Assembly (NCBI GenBank): GCA_000405225.1
Contig: ASMP01000001.1
Location: 136,496 to 200,495 of the forward strand
Origin: Nanoarchaeota archaeon SCGC AAA011-D5
GTDB lineage: Archaea; Nanobdellota; Nanobdellia; Pacearchaeales; GW2011-AR1
Length of the DNA stretch: 64,000 bases
Reading direction: 5' to 3'
Shown here: positions 17,345-25,814 of the stretch, piece after piece
Layout: each line of letters opens with the position of its first letter
Position numbering within the stretch: the stretch's first letter is position 1
The notes under the pieces: model-generated
The model's input: the letters and a program-made list of their open reading frames with translations, nothing else
Database searches by the model: none
What the model was told of the DNA's origin: nothing
Made by a program: the position numbers and the translations under genes

Positions 17345-18034
17345 TTAGCCATTTATGAGAGTTCCCCTGAAATTTTTGTCTTGGAGAACAGCTTCCAACT
17401 GTTCCAAATCTTTTCCCAGGATGTAAGTCGGAATCCGTGCCCTCATTATAATTCCCGCAGCTGTCTGGTCAAGGACAAAATGCTGCCCTGGTTCATATTT
17501 GTTCTTGTTCGCCATTCTGCAGAATTCCCGCCAGCTTATTCTCAAAATCAGTTTTGCGTCCTTATGCTTGAGAGGATTTTTATTATAAAGGCCTGCGACA
17601 TTGGTCATCGTGATAAAAACTGTCCTGAAATGCCTTGCCAGTTCTGCAGCTGTCGAATCAGAAGTTTGTCTGGGCCTGTATTCCAAAGCACCACAGAAAA
17701 TAATATCTTGTTTATTTATGTATTTTTTCAGGGTTTCTGTCGTATGCGGAATCCCGATTTCTGGGCTGATTCCAAAGAGATAATTCATGAACCTGGCATT
17801 CATTCTTGTGGCTGAAATCCCTGAAAAGCTCTGGAATTTCTCGTTAAGACCCGCCTTTCTCAGGGCAACGATGTACTTCCTGGCAATGCTTCCTCCTCCA
17901 CAGACAATTACAAACTTGTATTTTTTTGAGTTTTTGAGAATAACTTTTTTGAATCTCTGCAGAAAACTGAAATCCACTTCGTCAGGGATTATTAGACTGC
18001 CTCCAAGATTTAGAACTATCACCTTTTTTTTCAT
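17345..18034 (-). CDS. pyrH: UMP kinase (archaeal type)
   Basis: Amino-acid-kinase fold: VIVLNLGGS, VIVCGGGSIARKY; 229 aa. Confidence 0.7.
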   Translation of the reverse strand: MKKKVIVLNLGGSLIIPDEVDFSFLQRFKKVILKNSKKYKFVIVCGGGSIARKYIVALRKAGLNEKFQSFSGISATRMNARFMNYLFGISPEIGIPHTTETLKKYINKQDIIFCGALEYRPRQTSDSTAAELARHFRTVFITMTNVAGLYNKNPLKHKDAKLILRISWREFCRMANKNKYEPGQHFVLDQTAAGIIMRARIPTYILGKDLEQLEAVLQDKNFRGTLING

Positions 18035-18084
18035 GATTAAGAAAGTACAATAATTCTTATAAACCTTTTTAATTTGATATTAAA

Positions 18085-18681
18085 ATGTCCATTGATTTTT
18101 TAGTAAGACCTTGCCAAAATTTAGAAGAAGCTAAAGCTTCCCAAAAACTTGATGACCGAGTTTGGCAAAATGGATTTCAACATTATGAATGGCTTTTTGC
18201 CCATGACCCAGATTTGCTTTTAGTTGCTGTTGAAAGAGTAAGCAATCTTTTTTTAGGATATGTCGGCGTTGAAAAATTTGATTCTGGAGATTTGAGTGTT
18301 GGTGTTGGGTCTAACTACAATAGGAGTATGCCTTCTTGGAATCATGATCCCGGAGAATGGCATAAAGATGGAGGAGAAGTTTACCATATTGCTGGAGCTG
18401 CAGTTATTCCTGAAGTTGGAAAAGAAGGAGTTTTTAGTAAATTAATTAGGCAGCTTATCACTCAAACGGAAAACAACAAGTCTATTTTAACAGTTGCTAC
18501 AACTTATAATTTAAGACATCCTACTGTTAAAGATCCCTTGAAACTATGGGGTCAATTTGGTTTTAAACCTGTTCCAGAAACTTATGATCCTAACTGGAAT
18601 CATGATGGAGATAATCACCCTAAAAATATTCCTAATGATGGCTCAATTATTTGGACTTATGAGTGTTTAGGCCCATTTTAA
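18085..18681 (+). CDS. hypothetical protein, possibly acyl-CoA N-acyltransferase-like
   Basis: 198-aa ORF; LLLVAVE...GYVGVE...IAGAAVIPEVGKEGVFSKLI only weakly GNAT-like. Confidence 0.3.
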   Translation: MSIDFLVRPCQNLEEAKASQKLDDRVWQNGFQHYEWLFAHDPDLLLVAVERVSNLFLGYVGVEKFDSGDLSVGVGSNYNRSMPSWNHDPGEWHKDGGEVYHIAGAAVIPEVGKEGVFSKLIRQLITQTENNKSILTVATTYNLRHPTVKDPLKLWGQFGFKPVPETYDPNWNHDGDNHPKNIPNDGSIIWTYECLGPF

Positions 18682-18683
18682 TC

Positions 18684-18965
18684 TTATTTTACAGTAAACA
18701 ACTTATCATCTTTAACATCAAAAACATCCAACCTTACTCCAGAATCAAGCCAGCCGTGAGCATAGTTTAGTGCTGCGAAAGCATTAACATAATCTCCTTT
18801 TTTCTCGAAGTGTTTAGCATCGCTTAAGTAGTTAGAAACCATTTCAATTATTTCCTTGGCTTCTTTTCTTTTGCCATTTACTATGTTGTTTTTTGCGATT
18901 TCAATGGCCTTTGCTGTCGTATTCCTGTACCTATTAAGTTTTTCTTTTGTTATTTTGCTTTTCAT
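18684..18965 (-). CDS. DUF357-like small archaeal protein
   Basis: GDYVNAFAALNYAHGWLDSGVRLDVFDV matches the conserved DUF357 C-terminal pattern as I recall it. Confidence 0.55.
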   Translation of the reverse strand: MKSKITKEKLNRYRNTTAKAIEIAKNNIVNGKRKEAKEIIEMVSNYLSDAKHFEKKGDYVNAFAALNYAHGWLDSGVRLDVFDVKDDKLFTVK

Positions 18966-19085
18966 TTAAGAACAGGGAGGTTTTTATTTTTAAATCTACC
19001 CAAACATTCGCTGAAATAACAACTGTCAATTAAACAATCAGACTAACATAAACTTTTTAAACAAGTTCCCTTTTTCCTTTTAGAT

Positions 19086-19361
19086 ATGGTGAACAGAACA
19101 AAAGCCATTATAGCCCTCCTTGTTCTGATAATTGTCGTTCTTGCCGGAATAATTGTCTATACTTTGGTCATAAGGCCCGGTATTACAGGATATACAACCC
19201 ATGCACAGCAACAAGGAGTTGATTTTGCAATTCTTTCAATCATGCAAAGGGCAGCCCAGTGCCAGACTGTTCCCCTTACTTCCGGAAATACAACAATAAA
19301 TCTTGTTGCTATTGAATGCCTTCAGCAGGGCCAGCAACAGCAGACAGAACTTCGGCAATAG
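19086..19361 (+). CDS. small membrane-anchored protein
   Basis: N-terminal TM helix followed by a Gln-rich tail. Confidence 0.4.
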   Translation: MVNRTKAIIALLVLIIVVLAGIIVYTLVIRPGITGYTTHAQQQGVDFAILSIMQRAAQCQTVPLTSGNTTINLVAIECLQQGQQQQTELRQ

Positions 19362-19502
19362 ATGTTTTTTTATCCGTAAAATAAGACTTTTCTTTTTTTC
19401 AGTTTTTTGCTTTACCTCAAATTTCAGAATTGGTGTTTTTAACACTTTTCATAAGAAAGCTCGTAAAAAAGGTTATATTGAAGTGTTGTTAATTTCAAAT
19501 TA

Positions 19503-19925
19503 TCAATCAGTAATCCTACGATATCTACTACCTGAAACCCTGTATTTTTTATTGCCTTTTCCATCTTCCACTTCTTCAAATTCAATTGCTGCTAATCCCT
19601 TTCCATAGTTTATTCTTTTCCCTACAAGCGATGGCACAATACTTTTTCCCTCTTCTAATGAAGAAGCAATTCCTGTTGAATGTAATACCTGCGCTATTTC
19701 CTCTAATGTTTTTATAGATTGCGATCCACAAAGACCCAATAACTTTCTTTTAAGTATTCTGGTTCCTTCCGATAACTTTCTTTTAAGTATTCTGGCTCCT
19801 TCCATTTCTCTTTCTTTTCTAGTTAGAAATCTATCTCCTATTTCTCTTTCTTTTCTAGTTAGAAATCTATCTCCTGCTGCTTTTGCAATAACGCATTCTA
19901 TTTCATCTTGCCCCGTGATTTCCAT
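19503..19925 (-). CDS. hypothetical protein containing two in-frame tandem duplications
   Basis: GDRFLTRKEREI x2 and EG(A/T)RILKRKL x2 in the translation. Confidence 0.45.
   Translation of the reverse strand: MEITGQDEIECVIAKAAGDRFLTRKEREIGDRFLTRKEREMEGARILKRKLSEGTRILKRKLLGLCGSQSIKTLEEIAQVLHSTGIASSLEEGKSIVPSLVGKRINYGKGLAAIEFEEVEDGKGNKKYRVSGSRYRRITD
19741..19878. repeat. two adjacent tandem duplications (about 33 nt x2 and 36 nt x2) inside a CDS
   Basis: aactttcttttaagtattctgg(t/c)tccttcc.at x2, then ttctctttcttttctagttagaaatctatctcct x2; coordinates approximate. Confidence 0.8.
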
Positions 19926-20056
19926 AATATTTGTGCAGATATTCTCATTTATAAACCCTTCGATTATTACTACTTTATAATTTCAACAACCATTACTGGA
20001 TACACTCTAACAAAATCTTAGATAACAAGGCTGATTTTTTTACACCCATATTATAC

Positions 20057-20767
20057 CTAAAACCTAGGGGAAATTTTTCTTATTATAAACTTTATTCCAA
20101 CTGTCTCTGAAATAACTGCTGAAATAACCAGATTCCCCACAGCCGCCTTAAAGAGACCTTCATTAACAGGTATCCTGGAGGCCGCTGCAAATTTTCCCAC
20201 TATTTCTTCAATTTCCTCACGGCTCAGCTTTATTGAGGATGATTTCCTTCCCATCATTCCTATCACAAGAACATTCTCACCAGGACCATTACACTCTATG
20301 ATTTTCACTAAAGGATCTCTTATCAGAACATTGAGCTTTGCAAGATTTATCTCTTCGGGTGTTGGAATAGGTTTCAGGTAGCTGACAGTTTTAGGAAGCG
20401 CTGGTTCTGGAATTCTAAGAACAGGAGGAATTTTTTTTATATGCACTTCCTTTTTTCTATCAAGGATTTTTTCCATTGGCCTTGAGGCCATCTTGAGTTC
20501 TGGCAATAAGCCGTCTTTTCCCATTCCAGAAATCTTTTCAAACTCTTTCTTTATTTTTTCCCTGACGAGTTCTTTTATTTCCTCTTTTTTTATCCTTGGC
20601 TCTGCTGCAGGACTCCCCGGAGCTGGTTTGCTTTTTTCCTTTATGATAAATCCCCTTACCCCTTCTTTTATCTTAAGGCTACTGTAAGCCTCTGTATTCT
20701 CGATTAGCTCTTTCGTAAGCCTTAAAAGAAAACTTGCCCTGAAATCCTTAGATATTTGTTCCGGCAT
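20057..20767 (-). CDS. hypothetical protein; C-terminal part resembles the N-terminal domain of GspE/FlaI-type secretion ATPases but no ATPase domain follows
   Basis: PLVKIIECNGPGENVLVIGMMGRK resembles the ITEIMVNGP..V.V pattern; no P-loop. Confidence 0.4.
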   Translation of the reverse strand: MPEQISKDFRASFLLRLTKELIENTEAYSSLKIKEGVRGFIIKEKSKPAPGSPAAEPRIKKEEIKELVREKIKKEFEKISGMGKDGLLPELKMASRPMEKILDRKKEVHIKKIPPVLRIPEPALPKTVSYLKPIPTPEEINLAKLNVLIRDPLVKIIECNGPGENVLVIGMMGRKSSSIKLSREEIEEIVGKFAAASRIPVNEGLFKAAVGNLVISAVISETVGIKFIIRKISPRF

Positions 20768-21377
20768 TTGTGTCCTTTCCTAATCTCCTGCCTTTTCCCA
20801 TTCCAGATTTTTCAGTAAACCTTATTCCGGATTCATCAACAAACTCTCCGGGCTCTTTTGATTTTTCAAACTCCCCAAACTCCATTGTCATTTTTTGCAG
20901 CGGAGCCCTTCCAACAGGAAGATTTGATTGAACAGGAGAACTTGCCGAAGATGGGAACTGGATTTTATCTTTTCTTTGATTAAGAGGTTGGCTTATTGTC
21001 TGGCCATAACCTATTGGCTCATCTTCAGCCCTGACTTCATGAATCAGGGCCAGACCTTTTCCGATTAAACCTGCCTGCTGGGATATATTCTCTAATTTTT
21101 CCATAATTTTTTTTGCCTCCAGGTTTCCTGAAGAAATCTCATTTTTTGCAAGAGTCTTTGCGGAAATTTCAAACAAATCCAGAAGCCTTGATATCTGCGA
21201 AGACAAAGCCTCAAACTTGGCAGAAAGATTTACCATCACTTTCTGTAATTCTATGGAGTTTTTAATGAGGGTGCTTTCAGCCTTTATGTTTTTTCCAGAA
21301 TTATGGGTGGCCTCGGCAGACCTTTTTTTCCCCTTTTCAGTTTTCTTTCCAGAAGAAACCCTCTTGGCTTTATTCAT
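20748..21377 (-). CDS. hypothetical basic/coiled-coil protein
   Basis: 209-aa ORF overlapping the downstream gene by 20 nt; no motif. Confidence 0.45.
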   Translation of the reverse strand: MNKAKRVSSGKKTEKGKKRSAEATHNSGKNIKAESTLIKNSIELQKVMVNLSAKFEALSSQISRLLDLFEISAKTLAKNEISSGNLEAKKIMEKLENISQQAGLIGKGLALIHEVRAEDEPIGYGQTISQPLNQRKDKIQFPSSASSPVQSNLPVGRAPLQKMTMEFGEFEKSKEPGEFVDESGIRFTEKSGMGKGRRLGKDTNAGTNI

Positions 21378-21418
21378 TTCTTAAGGAGTGATTTATTATT
21401 TATAAATTTACTCTTAAT

Positions 21419-23944
21419 TTAGAAGATATCCAGGGTTTCTTCCACTAACTCGGCATCGCTAGGACGAGTTTCTTCCACATTTTCTTCAATTTTGGTGTAT
21501 TCTGTTCCTGGAATTACAGGAAGTTCATCGTCCAAACCAGCGTATTTTTTTATTTCCATTTCTTTGGATAAGTCTTTTTCATGGCCTTCAAGCACCATCT
21601 TTGTTTCTCCTTTCCCTGGTTCTTCCATCTCTCTCGGTTCTGCTGTTTCCGCCGTTCTTTTTTCTAATCCTGCAATATATTCTGCCATGTCTCCGGCCAC
21701 ATCGGCGTTTACGCTTATGCTGTCTATTCCCCTTTCGACTAAAAATTTGACCATTTCTTTTTTGCTCCCTGCCTGTCCGCAGATGCTTGTTTCGACATTG
21801 TTTTCTTTGCATATTTTTATCACATATGCAAGTTGACTCAAAACAGAAGGGTGTAAATCATCATAAAGGCTCTGGACCTGTTCATTGCCCCTGTCAACAG
21901 CCAGGGTATATTGCGTGAGATCGTTTGTTCCAAAAGACACGAAATCAACTCCGCCTTCTTCGCAGATTTCCCTTATGATTTGGACAGCTGCAGGAGTTTC
22001 TATCATTATTCCTATCTTTGCATTTCTGAAACTTATTTCTTTCAGGATATCCTTTAGTTTTTTCACTTCTTCCAGTGAAATCACCTGGGGAATCAAGATT
22101 CCTATGGATTTTCCTTTTTTATTATCAGAAACACGTTTCATCGCATTCAGTTCTGCTCTGAGAATCTTTGGATTTTTCAGCGAGGACCTGATTCCGTGCA
22201 TTCCGAGCATGGGATTTGCCTCAACTTTTTTAGGAGAGCCCTCAAGATCTTGAAATTCATCGCTCCTTACATCTGAAGTTCTCACCCAGATATCATTGAA
22301 ATAATCAGATATTTTATTGATGCCTCTGAAAATCATCTCCTCGTAATCCCCTATTCTTCCTTTTTCAAGGAAATAATTAGGATGTTTCCCCGATTCTGCA
22401 ATTATTCCCTCAAGCCTTGCAAGACCCACGCTCTTAAGCCCTGTTTTGGATGCACGTTCTGCAAAGCTCGGAAGATCGAGAATTATCTTGAGTTTGGTTC
22501 TTGTTTCATGTTCAACAGGCCTGATTTCTTTCTGGACAGCCTTTGAAACTCTTCCTTTGTAAATTTTTCCGGTGAACCCATCCACAGTTACTATCTCCCC
22601 CTCTTTCAGCTTCCTCGTGGCGTCCTGTGTTCCCACCACAGCAGGAATTCCCATCTCCCTGGAAACAATCGCCGCATGTGCAGTTAGCCCTCCTTCGTCA
22701 GTTATTATAGCCGCAGCCTTCTGCATCGTGACGACCATATCGGGATTAGTCATCTCTGTAACTAAAATATCTCCCTGCTTCACTTTTTTGAAGTCTTCTG
22801 TTCCATGAACTATCTTTATTTTTCCAATACCTATTCCGGGAGAAGCTGCGAGTCCTTTCAAGACCACTTCTCCATTCATTTCTTTCATGTCTTCTGAGGC
22901 AAATCTCTTTTTCAGAGTAGTTATCGGCCTCGTCTGGACTATATATATTTCATTTTTTTCTATTGCAAATTCAATGTCCTGGGGTTTTTGATAATGTTCC
23001 TCAAGCCTCAATGCAATTTCAGCGAGCTTTTTTATTTCATGATCTTTCAAGACCTGTTGCCTTGTTCTTTCTTCCGTGAGCTTCACTATCTCTTGGCTGC
23101 CAGCCGCATTTCTGATTATTGCAATTTTTTTGTTTCCTATCTCTTTTTCCAAGATTTGCAGTCCGCTTTGGGAAATGATATATCTGTCAGGTGTTATTTT
23201 TCCTGAGACAATGCCCTCGCCAAGCCCAAAAACAGCCTCTAGAATTACATCTTCCTTTTTCATGGAAGGATCCTTGGAGAATATGACTCCTGATTTGTCT
23301 GAATCAACCATCCTCTGAACAACTACGGCAAGGCTTGCATCTTCGTGCTCGAATCCTTTATTCTTTCTATAATATGTTGCTCGGGGAGTAAACAGGGAAG
23401 CAAAGCATTTTTTTACAGATTTTAGCAAATCAGCGCCCCCTTTTACATTGAGGAAAGTTTCCTGCTGTCCGGCAAAGCTCGCCTCTGCCAAGTCCTCTGT
23501 TGTGGCACTGCTTCTTACAGCAACAAAAACAGGATCAGGGGTTTTTTTGATTATGTAATGTGCTGGTTTGTCTTTTATATTTGAATCCTCTGCACCAAGA
23601 AACTCATAAGCCTCGAGAATTTCCGCGCTCATCCCCTCCGGGAATTTACCAGACTCTATCAACCCGCGGATTTCCTTTGTTATTTCATCGAGCTTTTCTG
23701 TATCTTCATAATTTATTTTTTCCAGGAGAATTTTTATCTTATCACCGAGCCCTGATGTTTTTATAAAATGGTTGTAAGCCTGCGCTGTGACAACAAAGCC
23801 AGGAGGCACGAGAATTCCAAGGTTGTAAATTTCTGCCAAATTTGCGCCCTTTCCACCGGCAACGCTTCCGGATTTTTTATTTAGCTCAGAAAACCACTTC
23901 ACAAACTCATGTTTTTCTGCCGAAACCTCTTTTTTTATATTCAT
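21419..23944 (-). CDS. ppsA: phosphoenolpyruvate synthase with an acidic C-terminal extension of about 80 aa
   Basis: ATP-grasp N-terminus GGKGANLAE, swivel His motif GGLTAHAAIVSREMGIPAVVG, C-terminal FVSFGTNDLTQY. Confidence 0.9.
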   Translation of the reverse strand: MNIKKEVSAEKHEFVKWFSELNKKSGSVAGGKGANLAEIYNLGILVPPGFVVTAQAYNHFIKTSGLGDKIKILLEKINYEDTEKLDEITKEIRGLIESGKFPEGMSAEILEAYEFLGAEDSNIKDKPAHYIIKKTPDPVFVAVRSSATTEDLAEASFAGQQETFLNVKGGADLLKSVKKCFASLFTPRATYYRKNKGFEHEDASLAVVVQRMVDSDKSGVIFSKDPSMKKEDVILEAVFGLGEGIVSGKITPDRYIISQSGLQILEKEIGNKKIAIIRNAAGSQEIVKLTEERTRQQVLKDHEIKKLAEIALRLEEHYQKPQDIEFAIEKNEIYIVQTRPITTLKKRFASEDMKEMNGEVVLKGLAASPGIGIGKIKIVHGTEDFKKVKQGDILVTEMTNPDMVVTMQKAAAIITDEGGLTAHAAIVSREMGIPAVVGTQDATRKLKEGEIVTVDGFTGKIYKGRVSKAVQKEIRPVEHETRTKLKIILDLPSFAERASKTGLKSVGLARLEGIIAESGKHPNYFLEKGRIGDYEEMIFRGINKISDYFNDIWVRTSDVRSDEFQDLEGSPKKVEANPMLGMHGIRSSLKNPKILRAELNAMKRVSDNKKGKSIGILIPQVISLEEVKKLKDILKEISFRNAKIGIMIETPAAVQIIREICEEGGVDFVSFGTNDLTQYTLAVDRGNEQVQSLYDDLHPSVLSQLAYVIKICKENNVETSICGQAGSKKEMVKFLVERGIDSISVNADVAGDMAEYIAGLEKRTAETAEPREMEEPGKGETKMVLEGHEKDLSKEMEIKKYAGLDDELPVIPGTEYTKIEENVEETRPSDAELVEETLDIF
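21445..21472 (-). repeat. 28-nt sequence shared with the rps6e 3' end (encodes ETRPSDAEL)
   Basis: ctaactcggcatcgctaggacgagtttc is 27/28 identical to 60828-60855. Confidence 0.85.
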
Positions 23945-24020
23945 ATTTAATAAAAAAATGACAGATTAATAAAGGTTTTCTTTAAAAAATATTTATAAAT
24001 ACTTTTTCCTTTGATTTCAA

Positions 24021-24881
24021 ATGGGATTTTTCAGAGCTGGGCTTGTCTTAATCGTGGGCATCTTTCTTTTCTTTTCATTTTTAGCTGCAACTTCTTTTTT
24101 TATCCTTGGCTCTTCACTAAAATATGAAAATGTGCATGAAGGCCTTTATTCAGTGATAAAGGATATTTCTGAGGGAACAAACGGTGTTATTTCGGAAGAA
24201 GTTACAGGAGAATTCAATTTGACAGATGCAGCAAAAGATGCCTTCGCTACTGCCAAAAATTACTGCAAAAGGCAGAACGCAACCTATTACAACTTCAGCT
24301 ATGAAAGGTATGCCGCCAGTATCCCGTGCGAAAAAGTTGTGAATACAACCAGCCCCGAGACATTTGTTAATGAAACTTATAATGATGTGATTTATGACAT
24401 TTATTACAAAGATTATGATTGCGGGTTCTGGAACTGCTTTTCAAAAACAAGTTTTCCTTTTTTCCTTGTTTCAAAAAAAGCCGTGGATTACTGGATGGAA
24501 AAGTTTTACCTTGTACTGATTGTCTGCCTTTTTTTGATAGGCCTTATTTTCCTGCTTGTTGAGCAAAAGGCAAATGCGCCAATAATCATAGGGGCTTTGC
24601 TCGTGATTTCCGCAGTTCCCCTTCTAAAATTAAATGATTTTCTTTATGCAATCGCAGGAAATTTTTCTGTTTTAATCAATTTGTTTTTAAGCAGCACGAG
24701 AGGCGTTTTCCTTTTTTCTTTGATATTCGGGATTCTGCTGGTTGCAACTGGAATAGCTCTAAAATCCTGGATGCCCGATTCAATAAAGAAAAAGCTCTCT
24801 GTCAAGGATGTCAAGGAAATAGTTAAAGAAGAGATAAGCAAGGAAAAACAGGCACAGCAGATAAAGAAGAAAAAGAAGTGA
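24021..24881 (+). CDS. integral membrane protein
   Basis: N-terminal TM, Cys-containing extracytoplasmic segment, three or more C-terminal TM helices, Lys-rich tail. Confidence 0.5.
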   Translation: MGFFRAGLVLIVGIFLFFSFLAATSFFILGSSLKYENVHEGLYSVIKDISEGTNGVISEEVTGEFNLTDAAKDAFATAKNYCKRQNATYYNFSYERYAASIPCEKVVNTTSPETFVNETYNDVIYDIYYKDYDCGFWNCFSKTSFPFFLVSKKAVDYWMEKFYLVLIVCLFLIGLIFLLVEQKANAPIIIGALLVISAVPLLKLNDFLYAIAGNFSVLINLFLSSTRGVFLFSLIFGILLVATGIALKSWMPDSIKKKLSVKDVKEIVKEEISKEKQAQQIKKKKK

Positions 24882-24972
24882 GAGCCCTCTTTTCATTTTA
24901 ATTATAAAATAGTAACAAAATAGCAAGATTTAAATATTAGCATAAGACGTATAATTATTAGATGGTGAAAAA

Positions 24973-25706
24973 ATGGCACAATCTTTACAAAATTTAGTAG
25001 GAGAACTATATAGGCGTACACCTTTCTATGTACATAGACAAGCACTTTTGGTGCAACAAAGTGAAGATAGAGGAAATGATGTTTTTTAATACAAGATTTG
25101 TTACGAAGACGTGGGTATAAAATATTTACTGTAGGCGTAGAAGAATGTACAAGAGAACGTGTTTTATCATCGATTGACGAATTGGCTCATGATAGTAGAG
25201 ATGGTTCTAAAACATTCTTTTACTATGCAGGTCATGGTAGTCATATAGATAGGACTTATGTAAATGGAATTACGACAAGAGGCGAGGGGTATGTTGATTC
25301 GCAAAGAATTGTGCCGTACGCATTATTTGAAAGATTAGCAAACGTAAGAGGTAAAAAAGCAGTGGTTATTGATGCCTGTTATAGCGGAGAATTTACAGAA
25401 TATTTACGAAAAGGTATGGGTCCGCCTTTACTTAAAGACTACGTTGTAATTGCCTCAACCAGAAGAGATGGTGAGGGTATAGTTACTGTTTGGACTACCA
25501 AACCGGAGGAAGTTCCACGTCATTTAATAGACAAATCTGTAAGCAATGTTGTTTTTTGGTTGTATGGTAGAACACCTCACAGAAGAAGAGTTGATTTAAG
25601 CCAAATACCCATACCGATTTTCAATGCTTTACCTGATGTGAGGACAAGGTACCCAAAAACAAATCTCGAAATACAAAGAGTTAGTGACACAGGTTTTATT
25701 TTATAA
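24973..25706 (+). pseudogene. caspase-fold (C14-like) peptidase gene split by a frameshift in a T6 run (25082-25087)
   Basis: His-Cys dyad context FFYYAGHGSHI and AVVIDACYSGEF. Upstream 38-codon ORF (24973-25089) continues into the 25098 ORF if one T is added, giving ...GNDVFLIQDLLRRRGYKIF. Confidence 0.55.
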
Positions 25707-25814
25707 GTCCACCTAATAATTCCCGAGCCGACCCTCTAATAATATCTCTGCCGACAATTGAATATAACACCTTTTCGGATAAAAATGCAGTTTTTATGCA
25801 TTCTTTTACCTCTT

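Noticed and set aside
19741-19878. Possible CRISPR-like repeats
   Set aside because: There are only two copies of each unit, directly abutting with no spacers, and in frame within a CDS. No CRISPR array was seen anywhere in the window.
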